DNA of 64,000 nucleotides from Orbicella franksi (Eukaryota): NCBI GenBank assembly GCA_964199315.1, contig OZ116712.1, positions 6,386,001 to 6,450,000 of the forward strand, read 5' to 3'. Shown piece by piece: positions 1 to 10,558 of this stretch (position 1 is its first letter; each line of letters starts with the position of its first letter). The notes under the pieces were generated by a model. It saw only the letters and a program-made list of their open reading frames with translations, ran no database searches and was not told where the DNA came from. The position numbers and the translations under genes were made by a program.

Positions 1-299
1 CTGGAACCTGAACTGAGAAAAATGTTCTGCAGCACTGGTTTAAATGCGTTGGAATACAATGTTTATCACCGCTGTTTGTGTTATATTCTTAATCAAGCGA
101 CGTAAGAAAAAGAGTTTATATGATAAAGTTTAAAAAGCTTTATGCAAAGCAATGTGAAATATCCAGCCGGTTCTGTCACTTGTAGATAAGGCTGTTTGCT
201 TTTTTCAAGTTCACATAAAAAGTTGCTTTGAACAACAGCACCATTTTGATTAATTTAATACATCAAGAGTCTAATTGATAAATAATCAATAAACAAATT

Positions 300-500
300 G
301 CAAATTTTAGAAAGGAAACCAAATCGGCCCTCGCTGGTTTTTACGTTGGTCCTCTATTCAGTTCAAATCTGGATTTTGGAAACGGTTGGTTTTTCAGGTG
401 GGAGAAGGAAAAAAAACCCGGAAAAACCCGGGGAAAAACCCTGGGTGCCCCGAGACAACCAACAGGACAATCAACAGCAAATTAAACCCCAAATCGAGCG
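300..500 (-). mobile_element. SINE-like dispersed repeat fragment
   Basis: Contains GGAAAAAAAACCCGGAAAAACCCGGGGAAAAACCCT, resembling the body of a common anthozoan SINE-type repeat; recognised from memory only. Confidence 0.4.
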
Positions 501-825
501 CAGCTCATTTCAGCTCTATCATTATATTTTTCTTTATCTCCTTTTTAATATAAACTATTGCTGTCGCCTCGATTAGTTCCTGAACTAGTTGCGGGGAAAA
601 GCAATTGCAACTGTATGAAAGAAAACAAAATAAAATTCAAGTTCAAGTTATTTACGTGCGACTCATATGAGGTCAGTCTACCACAATTATTCAATGATTT
701 GTCTTTATTTGATAAACAGCCATATCATCAAAACGAAATTACATAGATACCATTTTCTCCCTCACACCGTTAACCTTAATACGTATTACATGTTATAGAT
801 ACTGTATTTTTAGGCTAGTACATTT

Positions 826-2487
826 TTACTTGCAGTCGCAATCCTCGTCCTTCATGTCACGGAAATTATAATCTTTATTGACAATGTAACAGTGAAGTGA
901 ATTCCCTGTGCAGTCTTGGCCTCCAGAGCAAGCCAGAAACGGGCAGCCACAGAATATGCCAGTGCCGGTGTCGGTGTCAACTATGGGGCCGCATTCGTAC
1001 TTTCTGCCCTTCCATACAATTTCGTCATGCACTTTGGCAAAATCGTTCACTGTAAAAAGGAATACAAGGCGCAAATACGTCTAGTTCAATGACCATACTA
1101 GGGGGGGTTCATGCTGACGTCATTGTTTACATTTTTGCCCATTTACATACGGCTTTGCGGATAGAAGGAAACACGTCAGATACAAATTGACTCCTAACAG
1201 CTAAAGAGCTAGTGAAACTTATCCCATGGTGAAATTTTTACCTCTTTGGGTGGAATATTCAAGGAGATATTGTCTTTCAAAAACTGCAAAATTTCTTGAT
1301 GGCAAAAGCACACTAATGAGCTGACTCATACATTCTTTGTAAAATTTTGAGTTTTTAAACCCGTATTGCACAAAAAGTATTCAATACATCAGGCTCATAT
1401 TCATTGGCAGAGTGAATCGTACTATGACCTCTCAATATTCAAAGCTGATTTATTCGTAGCTCCATCAGAAACTGAATTGCTTATGCTAATGAGGCAAATA
1501 TTGTAAACAAGGATTTCCCTTATGTGACTTACTACAGCTTTTAGGGAGTATAAGGGCCCAATTTTCATAGTGCAACTACTCTACCCGAGTCACCTAGAAG
1601 GAAGCTAACCAATCAAAACGAAAATCGAGAACACTGGACTGGTAGCTTTCTTGTGACGGCAACAGGGGTCTGTTTGACATGAACACATTAGTACTATCAC
1701 CTCCTCTGTGTTGTATACTCTCTTAGAGATTCGAACGCCAGTCCATGAGTTGAATCATAACTTTAAATCTCGCTTGAAACATTTACCTTCAAAACTCATT
1801 TATATTATAATATAAAATATTAAAAGAGTTCAACTTTTGACTCTCTTTTTGGGTCAAATTTTCCAAGACGGTTTTGTCCTTAGATTAATCGTCTTGGCAA
1901 GTTTGACTAGAAAGTTAAAAGTTGAGCTCTTCTCCTCTGTTAAAACTGTAGCAGGCCACCTTAGCTTCTAATTAATCCAAAGAAGATCCTTAAATCTATC
2001 TCAGACTGTATCAATAGCATTTTGTGGAACACTAAAATGAGGAATGGAGTCAGAAAACAGAACCGTACACGTCAGAGGAGCCAGGAGAGAATTAAAGAAA
2101 CGACGCTACAATATTTAATCTCATGCAGCGTGGTTATACCTGTAGTAACGTCTTTCAAGAAAAGAATGTATTTTCCTTGAAAAGAATCCCCTCTAACGGC
2201 AGCATAGTCACTTAATGGTAAATCGGGCTTCTTCTCGAAGCAAACAGGGGTCAGCTGTACTCGTTAAAATTAACAGAAAGAACGTTTTCTGATTTCCACT
2301 TGCGCCTGCAGGCCCCTCCAAAACAAAGACAATTGATAAAAAAAATTCTGTTTCTATTTTAAAATTAGCGAACTCAACGTAAATCCATACCCTTTTTCGT
2401 GCTTTTTTCTTTTTTGAGGTGCTTGGCTTGGGAAGATTGAAATATCACGCACAGCAACAAAACAACACAGGTGAACTTGAAACCCAT
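826..2487 (-). CDS. Secreted 8-Cys peptide, copy 1 (106 aa; signal peptide + Lys-rich spacer + Cys-rich mature domain), family not recognised
   Basis: Coding exons 2487-2391 (MGFKFTCVVLLLCVIFQSSQAKHLKKEKSTKK, donor G|GTATGG) and 1049-826 (acceptor TTTTTACAG; VNDFAKVHDEIVWKGRKYECGPIVDTDTGTGIFCGCPFLACSGGQDCTGNSLHCYIVNKDYNFRDMKDEDCDCK*). The phase-1 intron is shared with both paralogs. A non-coding exon 1 ends at 2742 (GAAG|GTAAGA). Confidence 0.85.
1640..2270 (-). mobile_element. Possible decayed non-LTR (L1/Tx1-like) RT fragment in intron 2 of peptide copy 1
   Basis: Stop-interrupted minus frame ...SIPHFSVPQNAIDTV*DRFKDLLWIN*K... weakly resembles the post-RT region of L1/Tx1 ORF2. Confidence 0.25.
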
Positions 2488-2741
2488 ATTTAGTTGCCTG
2501 GAAAAACGAATAATAATAGAAAAATGTATAAAACGAATGAATTGTTGTGTTTGTGAATTGCTCTTTCATTTTCTTGCAGATGAAAGCCATCTTTCTTCGA
2601 GATACTGTTGGAAAAAAATAAAACAAACAAACAAAAAAACAAGACAAGGCGAAGAAATTAGACAAAGAAAACAGGGTTGCATTGTCAATAGCGATACTGG
2701 TCAAATTGCTCCCCCAAAAAGAGTCTACCGACAACTCTTAC

Positions 2742-2912
2742 CTTCTAAGTTATCAAAATTAGAGATCTTGACGGTGAACAGTTTAGACGTAGAATGAACT
2801 CTCTTACGCGAGGCTTTGATAACACAACATCTGGGTGCAACACGTTAAATACCTCAAGCTGTGTTGACCCGCAGAACCTCACCAGAAACACGTTGTGAAA
2901 TAATTCCGCACC
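2742..2912 (-). promoter_or_regulatory. Proximal promoter + non-coding exon 1 of Cys-peptide copy 1
   Basis: Reverse complement aligns with 5223-5393 and 9507-9689 (GGTG.GAATTAT, CACAGCTTGAGGTATT, TCATTC Inr-like, GAAG|GTAAGA donor). Confidence 0.7.
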
Positions 2913-2937
2913 TACCGCTGTTTAACCTAGAGTACTA

Positions 2938-3125
2938 CAGTGGAACCCCGCCTTGCGGCTATTTCGTAAATACGGCCACCTCGTTCTTACGGCCACTTTA
3001 TTCTTGCCCGAACAAAAGCGAAATCAGTCATTTTCGTATTTAAAGAACCCGTTTAATAAGGCCACCCCGTTAACACGACCAGAATTTTATGGCCCGTTGG
3101 TGACCGAATTAACGTGGTACAACTG
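2938..3125. mobile_element. Tc1/mariner(pogo)-type MITE adjacent to the copy 1 promoter
   Basis: TA followed by CAGTGGAACCCCG at the left end and degenerate ...CGTGGTACAACTG at the right end. Confidence 0.5.
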
Positions 3126-3389
3126 CATAAACAACATCAATGGAAATGTAGTGAGGATAGACAAATGCCGGCATTTTGAATAATGAACTCACGGAGGCGA
3201 ATTTTGTGGCAAAAGGAAATTATAGAGTATCGCCTTCCCTTGATTTTACTCGTTAAACTTTTTGTAGTGATTCAGCGGAGGGAGAAGATCAGGTCGTAAC
3301 GGGTGACAACCCATACATGCCACCAGAGCAATTAGTAAAATAATCATATTTTAGTTATCATCCCTAAGAGACAAAATTATAAACAAACA

Positions 3390-4576
3390 GTTACTGTCAA
3401 CTACTAAATGCTGATTCTGAATTCGCCGTTAGCTTTAAAGTGGTAAAAAAAAAAAGCCTATACAGGCTTTCATGATAAAAATACAGTAAACCACCAGTTG
3501 TTATCCTGGTTTAGTCGCGCGTGAAACCACACAAGGTTCCTGTGGGATATCGCCCTGAAATTTGGTGGGGCGTGTGGCTTGCCTTCTAAACCTGTTGCAT
3601 CACTGTTTCAGACTAAAATATGTTATTTGTGATACCCTATTTCAGACCGGACCCACACTAGATACTATTTTTCAGACCTCTGAAATTCGTACACTTTTCT
3701 ATTAAATGACTTTTAGTTAGCTAACCCGGAATGGCGTCCATTTGCACAAACATTTCAGAAGCGCTTCGAATTCCCTAGTGACGATTAAATGGGGAAACCC
3801 CTCTATAGATGAAAACCAAGTTATATGCTAGGAAACTATGTAGCAATCTGTTCAGAAAGTAGCGTGCCTAGTTTTTTCTTACCAGCTTGAGAGCTTTTTT
3901 AGACAATAGCAAAATAAAATGCGGGAGATCTCTTTGATACTGAACACTGAACAAAGCACATTGTAACAATACGTACTGTTTGGTTTTGAAGACATGATTA
4001 ATCATCGAAGTTATACACACAACTTAAGCAGCTGTGAAATATAAGCCTGAAAAAAATTCAGGCTTGAGCGGGATTCGAACCCATGACCTCTGCGATACAG
4101 GTGCAGTACTCTACCAACTGAGCTATCAAGCGCAGCCGACTGGAAGCGTAACATACGCGTAGATGGGGGATTCGAAGATACAAATGAATATATGAAAGAT
4201 CGCTTATTTGGACTTCGGAGATAGATATGAAGACATGATTGATCATCATGATCGTGGTTACACACACAATTTAGGCAGCTTTGTTTGTTGTAAGTATAAC
4301 TATGATGATCAATCATGTCTTGTATTAATCAGACTTCTATGATAAAAATGACTTCTATGATAAAAATCAATGAACCACTAGTTGTTGTGTCCTGATTTAG
4401 TCGCCTGCGAATCTGCACAAGTCTACTGAGGGATGCTGCCCAAAATTTTTGATGGGACGTGGTGGTCAGTTTTCTGAAGCCATCAAATCGTCATTTCAGA
4501 CCAAATTATGTTATTTGCAATACCCTATTTCAGACCTTACCCACAATAGATACTATTTTTCAGACCTCTGAAATTC
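3390..4576 (+). repeat. Direct repeat pair (3472-3688 and 4357-4576) flanking a tRNA-like unit; related partial copy at about 7640-7805
   Basis: ATGATAAAAAT...AACCAC.AGTTGTT...GATACTATTTTTCAGACCTCTGAAATTC occurs twice; 3390-3560 aligns with 7640-7805. Confidence 0.7.
4061..4132 (-). pseudogene. tRNA-Thr(TGT)-like sequence, degenerate, embedded in a repeat unit of about 240 bp (3990-4320)
   Basis: Cloverleaf-like CGCTTGA TA GCTC AGTTGGTA GAGT A CTGCA CCTGTAT CGCAG AGGTC ATGGG TTCGAAT CCCGC TCAAGCC with A/B boxes and a T7 run downstream. There are mismatches in three stems and C instead of U33. The unit start recurs at about 4229. Confidence 0.65.
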
Positions 4577-5222
4577 ATATATAAACATTTCTAATAAATT
4601 ACTGTTCGACAATCTAAAGCAATAAATGCACTTACGTAATGCATCACTTTGTTAAGTGTCTAAATCTGCGATTAATCTAAAATTGTAGGTTTTAGGTTGG
4701 CGGTGAAGTCATTTTCATCTTAAACAACACTCGAAACCTCTTGAATATAAGTTTATAATGTGGTCAGTATAAAAATATGAAATATAAATCATGGTAATAG
4801 AAGTATAAAATCACGACAAAGCTAAGGTCGGTATTTACAGGTGCGAACATATTTTTTTGGCGTTTCTATTTATTGTATTTGTAGTTTTATAGGATGGTTT
4901 TTTCCATTAGCGCATGAGCATAAGCAAGTGAGGGAGTGCAAGATAAACGGGATTATCAATACCAGCTCATTCGCGCCAAAATACGTCAGTGTGGCTCTGG
5001 GGACGAGAATGGATACCAGCCCTCATCGACGGTTAAAAAGCATTGCAGATTCCACCATGACGTTTGGTTTGACACAGCATGTGATATATTCGAAAATTCT
5101 GGCTCAAAGTGAATTTTGAGTGTATCTGTGACACGTGCGTTCTTACTGCGGTATAAGCCTTGATGCGTTTGTTTCTTGACGATTTTACGTCGATTTTTTA
5201 ACTGCTGCTTTATGGTCCAGTA

Positions 5223-5393
5223 GGTGTCGAATTATATGACTACGCGCTTCTGGTATGCTCTGCTGGTAAACACAGCTTGAGGTATTCCACGTCTTACACT
5301 AAGATCGTATTTCATCTCAGCCCTGCATAAGATCTATTCTTCGTTCAAGCTATCAGTGTGAGAATCAGCGTCAAAACTGTATTTCTGTAGAAG
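5223..5393 (+). promoter_or_regulatory. Proximal promoter + non-coding exon 1 of Cys-peptide copy 2
   Basis: Block conserved among the three paralogs, ending in donor GAAG|GTAAGA at 5393/5394. No in-frame ATG; an in-frame TGA lies upstream. Confidence 0.7.
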
Positions 5394-5842
5394 GTAAGAC
5401 TTGAATTGAAGGTATAAGAGTTTTTCGATAATTTCAATATGTAAGACTCTCGCCAGTATATAGTGATGTTATTATTGTTATTAACAACTTTTTGTTTTCT
5501 TTATTTCGTTGTTTTTGCTTTTTTCTTCTTAAATAACTACCTTAAGAATGAGACTTAAAGACATAAAGAAAGAGATACAATTGTTTTTGTAAGCATGGTC
5601 TTTTTAGTCGAACTGAGATGATTCCAGTTTAATAGCAAATCCATACTTAAACCGAGAAAACTACTCAATGTATTTTAGTAAGCAACCTGTCTTACAGTTA
5701 AGCGCTTTTAACGCAGAAAAAAAGCTTGGAGTCTTTTTGCGTCAAACCGGGCTATATTCCTTGCAGATGAATCTGAAACTTTATCTAATGTGATTAGCAG
5801 ATATACGCCTTATCGGATATTTATACTAGCTTATACTTTTAA

Positions 5843-6135
5843 GCGGAGGCAGCGTTAGGGCGCCGAACTTGAAATCCGGTGGTCGCGGGTTCGAGTCTCG
5901 CTCTGACCACTAAGCTAGAATTGTTTCTCGGTAGACCCTAGTTCAACTCCTCGGTCATGCTTGTAAATAGCCAACTGGTCTGCCTCCCACCAGTTGGGAT
6001 CGATTTTTAAGCCTATTATGTTTATTTGTAATATTTCTCTCTTCCACTTTAAGTGGCATGCCTGAAAAGTAGCTAGTTGTAGCTAACTACATCGACCACT
6101 ATAAACATTCAACATTTAACATTTTTAACATAATA
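5843..6135 (+). mobile_element. tRNA-derived SINE (GTAAATAGCCAACTGG family); further copies at about 39790-39950 (-) and 50386-50526 (-)
   Basis: tRNA head (TTAGGGCGC...GGTTCGAGTCTC), body GAGTTCAACTCC-like/GTAAATAGCCAACTGG, tail CATCGACCACTATAAACATTCAACATTTAACA (the tail recurs at about 31350). Confidence 0.75.
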
Positions 6136-6236
6136 TTTTAAGTTACTCACCCCACACTCATTGTTTTTGATTAGCGTACCATAGTGAAAATTTTCATTGC
6201 ATATATTTATATTGTTATCCACCTAGGAAACTGAAG

Positions 6237-7265
6237 ACGGGCTTCAAGTACACGTGTATTTTTTTGCTCCTGTCCCTAACAGTGCTATCGGTTCAAGGGA
6301 AGGACAAAAGCAAGCCTCAAAAGGGTACCGTTTGCTTGCGATTACCCATCATTATCATTTCACTTTTCTTTGTATGCTTTCTTGTTTAAGACAGCGTCCA
6401 CACTGTAAAAATGAAAATGAAAACGCGGTTGTTTTTATTTCTACGATTAGGCCTACCGTCGACATTAATCCGTCACGAAAACGGAGCTTTTCGCAAACGC
6501 TCTTTAAACCGGAGGAATATGAAAACGCCGGCTTTTCGTTTCCGTGTGGGTAGAAAACATACGTTGAAACCGGAGCTTTTTCGAAAACGATGGCGTCACG
6601 TTGATAACGTTATTTGCCTGACCGAGTTTTCCTCAAACACAAAACCAAAATGACCGGTGATTGCTGCTTTTTCAAATTGCTCCGGCGTAGTGTGGACGGA
6701 AAACATTTGATGCGTTTTCAGAGTGAAAACTCCGTTATCAAATTCCTTCGGCGTGCTGTGGACGGGACCTTAATCTTAGTGCTTTTACTATTTATTACCT
6801 CATTGAAGACAATATGTACCAACAAATGATTGCTAAAGAAGATACAGTGGCCAGCACCATTAATGGGACCGTGCGCATGGCGCACGGTGGGAAGGCTGGG
6901 TGTAATACCCTCGAGGATAAAACGGCTTTCCTGTATTCTGATTGGCTGCATTTTCTATGCCATAGTATAAAACGTTGTTTATCAGCATGAAACTACATGT
7001 AATTGTTATATTATCCCTATTCATATTCATTTCAGATGAAGTTTTGAGGAAAGTGCACAACACCATTAAATTCAAGGGGAACAACTACAACTGTGATCAT
7101 TTCCACACCACAAATAGTTTTGGCACATGGTGCGGTTGCCCGTTTCTAGCTTGCACTGGAGGCCAGGACTGCTATGGCACATATCATTGTTTCATTAAGA
7201 ATAAAAATTACGATTTCCGCGACATGAAGGATGAAGACTGCGACTGCGATCATCATAGAAAATGA
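6237..7265 (+). CDS. Secreted 8-Cys peptide, copy 2 (105 aa if ACG-initiated); start codon is ACG, so possibly non-AUG-initiated or a recent pseudogene
   Basis: Exon 6227-6324: ACG at 6237 aligns with the paralog ATG, then GFKYTCIFLLLSLTVLSVQGKDKSKPQK, donor G|GTACCG. Exon 7036-7265: DEVLRKVHNTIKFKGNNYNCDHFHTTNSFGTWCGCPFLACTGGQDCYGTYHCFIKNKNYDFRDMKDEDCDCDHHRK*. Non-coding exon 1 ends at 5393; AATAAA at 7397. Confidence 0.75.
6390..6769. mobile_element. PIF/Harbinger-type MITE family (TIR GGCCCCGTCCACACTA-like, TAA/TTA target); copies also at 10137-10480, 22868-23234, 26660-27625, 32627-32755, 43839-44211, 45872-46217
   Basis: Shared internal GAAAACGGAGCTTTTCGAAAACG and terminal GTAGTGTGGACGGGGCC-like motifs. 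The 22868-23234 copy is flanked by TAA on both sides. Confidence 0.8.
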
Positions 7266-7833
7266 TGCATCACTTGTAACTGATTAACGAAACACGAAGT
7301 AAACACCGCTTGTGAAAAGCATGGTTCATTAAGTCTCCTTGTTGAGATTGTAACTAGTGTTAAGGGTCATACTGTTATTAGTTTCAGTATCCGTAAAATA
7401 AAAAAAAAAGGAAAAGAAAAAAAAATTCCTTGGTGAGATGTTATCTTATATGGCCACGAAACGTTTACCAAAGACCTCAATTTTAGGTCCTGACCTAGCT
7501 GGAGTCACTGTGATAACGAGGGTCTCAATGGGGTTAACAATTAGCCGTCAAACGGGCCAAAAATTTGGCCGTTGGGCGTGAAAATCGGAAAGTTTTAACC
7601 TTTGGCCATCATCCATGAGAGACAAATATGATACAAATACTTACTGTCAGCTACTAAATACTGATTTTGAATCGCCGTTGACTTTAAAGTGGAAGAATAG
7701 GCCTAACCAGATTTTTATGATAAAAATACAATAAACCACCAATTGTTATGGTGTAGTCGTGAGTGAAACTAAACAAGTTTTCTGAGGGATACTACCGAAA
7801 ATTCTAGTGGTGTTTGGATATCTGATCTTAATT

Positions 7834-7922
7834 CAAACTCGATCGAAGGCGCTCTCTCCTTTGCCTCCCTCTCTCTACAACGACAAGGGAGGTAAAGGAG
7901 AGAGAGCCTGGGATCGAGGTTG
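7834..7922. mobile_element. 89-bp non-autonomous TIR element with 9-bp TSD (AcademH-like)
   Basis: CAAACTCGATC...GATCGAGGTTG termini; perfect flanking direct repeat ATCTTAATT at 7825-7833 and 7923-7931. Confidence 0.7.
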
Positions 7923-8768
7923 ATCTTAATTAGTTTAGATCTTTACGATTATGTTTCTACGTTTCCTTCTTAGTATTGATTTTGATTAAGAAGATATATC
8001 AAACACTCGAGACCGTGTTTCACTTGAGTGTTACATTCAGACACCTCGAAGTTCGTCAAAGGCACTCCGCTTCGCCTGGTAGTTTCAATGCTCTTCTCAG
8101 TGTCTGGGAATGTAGTAAAACACAATCCTTCGAGTTTGATATGATATTACATCACAGACATCATAGCGAACCAGTTCTATAAGTAATTTATAGAATAAGG
8201 TTTGTTTTAGTTCCATAATACTCCAGTGTTGGGTTCTCTGTTATGCGGAAGAAATACCGTGTTGCTTTTACCACGTACAACACGCTGCAATGTACAGATG
8301 ATTGATCCACTGACCATACTGCCCGCAGTATCCATAACACTGCATCCTACTGTTTCCGAATGCGGCCGGGCTGATCTAGGAGGAACTGGACTCAATATCC
8401 TCAGAAGACGCACACGACCCAGGGAACTAGTAAAGCCGGCTGGACAACAGTTCCGCTGGCCTTCAGAGTGGAAGAACGTAATGTGCATGCGCCAGTTTTG
8501 GCTCCAAGTTTAAAAAAACATGGCCGAAATTTCGTCGATCATGTAAACAAAAAAATTTCGAACTTAATATGTTTTCCTAACATTTCCTCCTCACTATTGA
8601 AAAACTTTTGGTGCGAAGCCACTCTTTACATAGTGTATCCCTATAGGTACACTGCTAAGCCTTTTAAGGCGTTAAAACACCTCTCCTGTGTAACCATGTC
8701 ACTGTGTAACTTAAAACGCATCAAGAAATGAGTTTTTGTTTTCAAGAAGGTACAAAGTAACACACATC

Positions 8769-9008
8769 AATAGACCATTTTACAGTTGTCTGCTCAGTGA
8801 CCTGGCCTTTGTATGGCAGCAAGGCTAGAGTTGACCTTGTTTTGATACAGACCTCACTGCTTTTGTTGTGTAAAACAAGTTGTTCTGATGCTAACTAGGT
8901 GCATTTATATGACAAAAGCAGTGAGGTCTGTATCAAAACAAGGTCAACTCTAGCCTCGCTGCCATACTAGGCCAGGTCACTGAGCAGACAACTGTAAAAT
9001 GGTCTATT
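8769..9008. mobile_element. Fold-back MITE with about 100-bp TIRs (AATAGACC...GGTCTATT); related termini at 48945-49130
   Basis: The left and right about 100 bp are near-perfect reverse complements. Confidence 0.85.
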
Positions 9009-9506
9009 ACAAAAGACCTCATGTTTGACCACATTTCCAAACACCGAGAAGAGAATTGGAAAATGCGACGCGCAGTGGTCAAACACTGTCTTGAGTGTTT
9101 AGTATATCTTCTCCATCGAAACTAAAGCTAAGGAGAAATGGAGAGTTAAAATCGTAAAAAATGTATGCTAATTAAGATGAGATATCAAAACACCGTCACG
9201 GTCATGATTTCATTTTAATTAAACTTGATGAATTATAAATGAGTTTGAGAGGCCATTTTTATAAAGAGAGATTGTGACCATTTATCCACTGGGGTTAGCG
9301 GTCCTTCCTTAGGAAAAGAGTGCATCTGATTACATGAGTCGCGTTCTCTCGGAACGTTTCACATTCGGCCAGCTTTTAGACCAGGTCAAATATTTAAGAA
9401 GCGCAAGGACCGACCAACGATCGACCGAGTCCAGGGAATCGCATACAAAGTAACCACTCGTTCAATTCCTTAACTGGTATTTTGTGCTCCAATAGTTTCA
9501 AAAGCT

Positions 9507-9689
9507 GGTGTCGAATTATATCACCACGTGTTTGAGAGTCTTCTCTGCGGGTTAACATAGCTTGTGGAATTCCACGTCTAACGCCAAGATTTTATACTTT
9601 TATCCAAGCTATGTGCACATCATTCATTCTTCGTTCAGAACATCACAGAGAAGAACATCATATAAACATCTAAAGGTATTTCTTTGAAG
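9507..9689 (+). promoter_or_regulatory. Proximal promoter + non-coding exon 1 of Cys-peptide copy 3
   Basis: Same conserved block, donor GAAG|GTAAGA at 9689/9690. Confidence 0.7.
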
Positions 9690-10558
9690 GTAAGATTTTT
9701 TTGATATAGATTTTTTGACAATATAAATTTGTAAGACCCTTGACGGTATAGCAATTTGACCAGTATTGTAATTATTATTGCCATCAAACAACCTTGCTTT
9801 CTTTATTTCTTTGTTTTTGCCTTTTTTGCTTTTTTTTCAAACAGCTACCGTGTAAAAATGATTTCCAGACGAAAATAAAGAGCGACAATTATTTCTGCAG
9901 TCATTTTCTCTCAAGTCAAAGATGATTTTAGTTTTGCAACAAACTTTCACTGAAAATAAATTTAAGTATTAAATGTATGTTATTGAACAGCCCGTGTCTT
10001 ATAGTAAAGCGCTCGCATTAAATTAAACTAAAAATTTGACTTTAACCGATGAATCTGAAGCTGAATCTGAATCTGAATCTACTTTCAGCTTATCAAATCA
10101 ATGCCGTATTGGATTTTCACACTATTTCCAAAATAAGGCCCTGTGCACACTACACCGCAGGAATTTGAAAACAGAGTTATTACTCTGAAAACGTAGCAAA
10201 TGTTTTCCCGTCAACACTAAGCCGGAGGAATATAGAAACGCAACAATAACCGGTCATTTTGGATTTTTGCTTGAAGAAAACTCAGTCAGGGAATCACATG
10301 ATTATCATGACGCCAACGTTTTTCAAATTTTTTTCCAGATGTCCACACGAAAACGAAAAGCTAGCGTTTTCAAATTCCTCCGGTTTGAAGAGCGTTTTCG
10401 AAAAGCTCCGTTTTCGTGACGGGTAAGTGTGGACGGTAGGCCGAGCCGTAGAAATAAACGAGCTGCGTTTACAAAGCTCTTTGGCTTACTGTAAACATGG
10501 TCTTAGTTCAAGTTTTCTTTTCACTTTTTTTAAATTTCACTCACTCAGGAAACTGGAG

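Noticed and set aside
826-1074. Single-exon models from the ORF track (MRLVFLF..., MFRPLLF... N-termini) for peptide copies 1 and 3
   Set aside because: These N-termini are translated polypyrimidine tracts; conserved true signal exons with matching splice phase exist upstream.
4061-4132. Functional tRNA-Thr gene
   Set aside because: Mismatches in the acceptor, anticodon and T stems, C at position 33, and embedding in a repeat unit.
6411-6829. ORFs of 60-100 aa such as 6411-6653, 22796-23162, 32550-32762, 44077-44289, 28547-28780 and 38459-38787
   Set aside because: They are chance frames within MITE/SINE copies; the similar peptides recur only because the DNA repeat recurs.
7036-7265. Assignment of the peptides to coral SCRiPs, or to tick evasins because of the GCPFL string
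   Set aside because: There is no terminal CCC triplet as in SCRiPs, and the Cys spacing differs from evasins as I recall them; a 5-residue match is insufficient.
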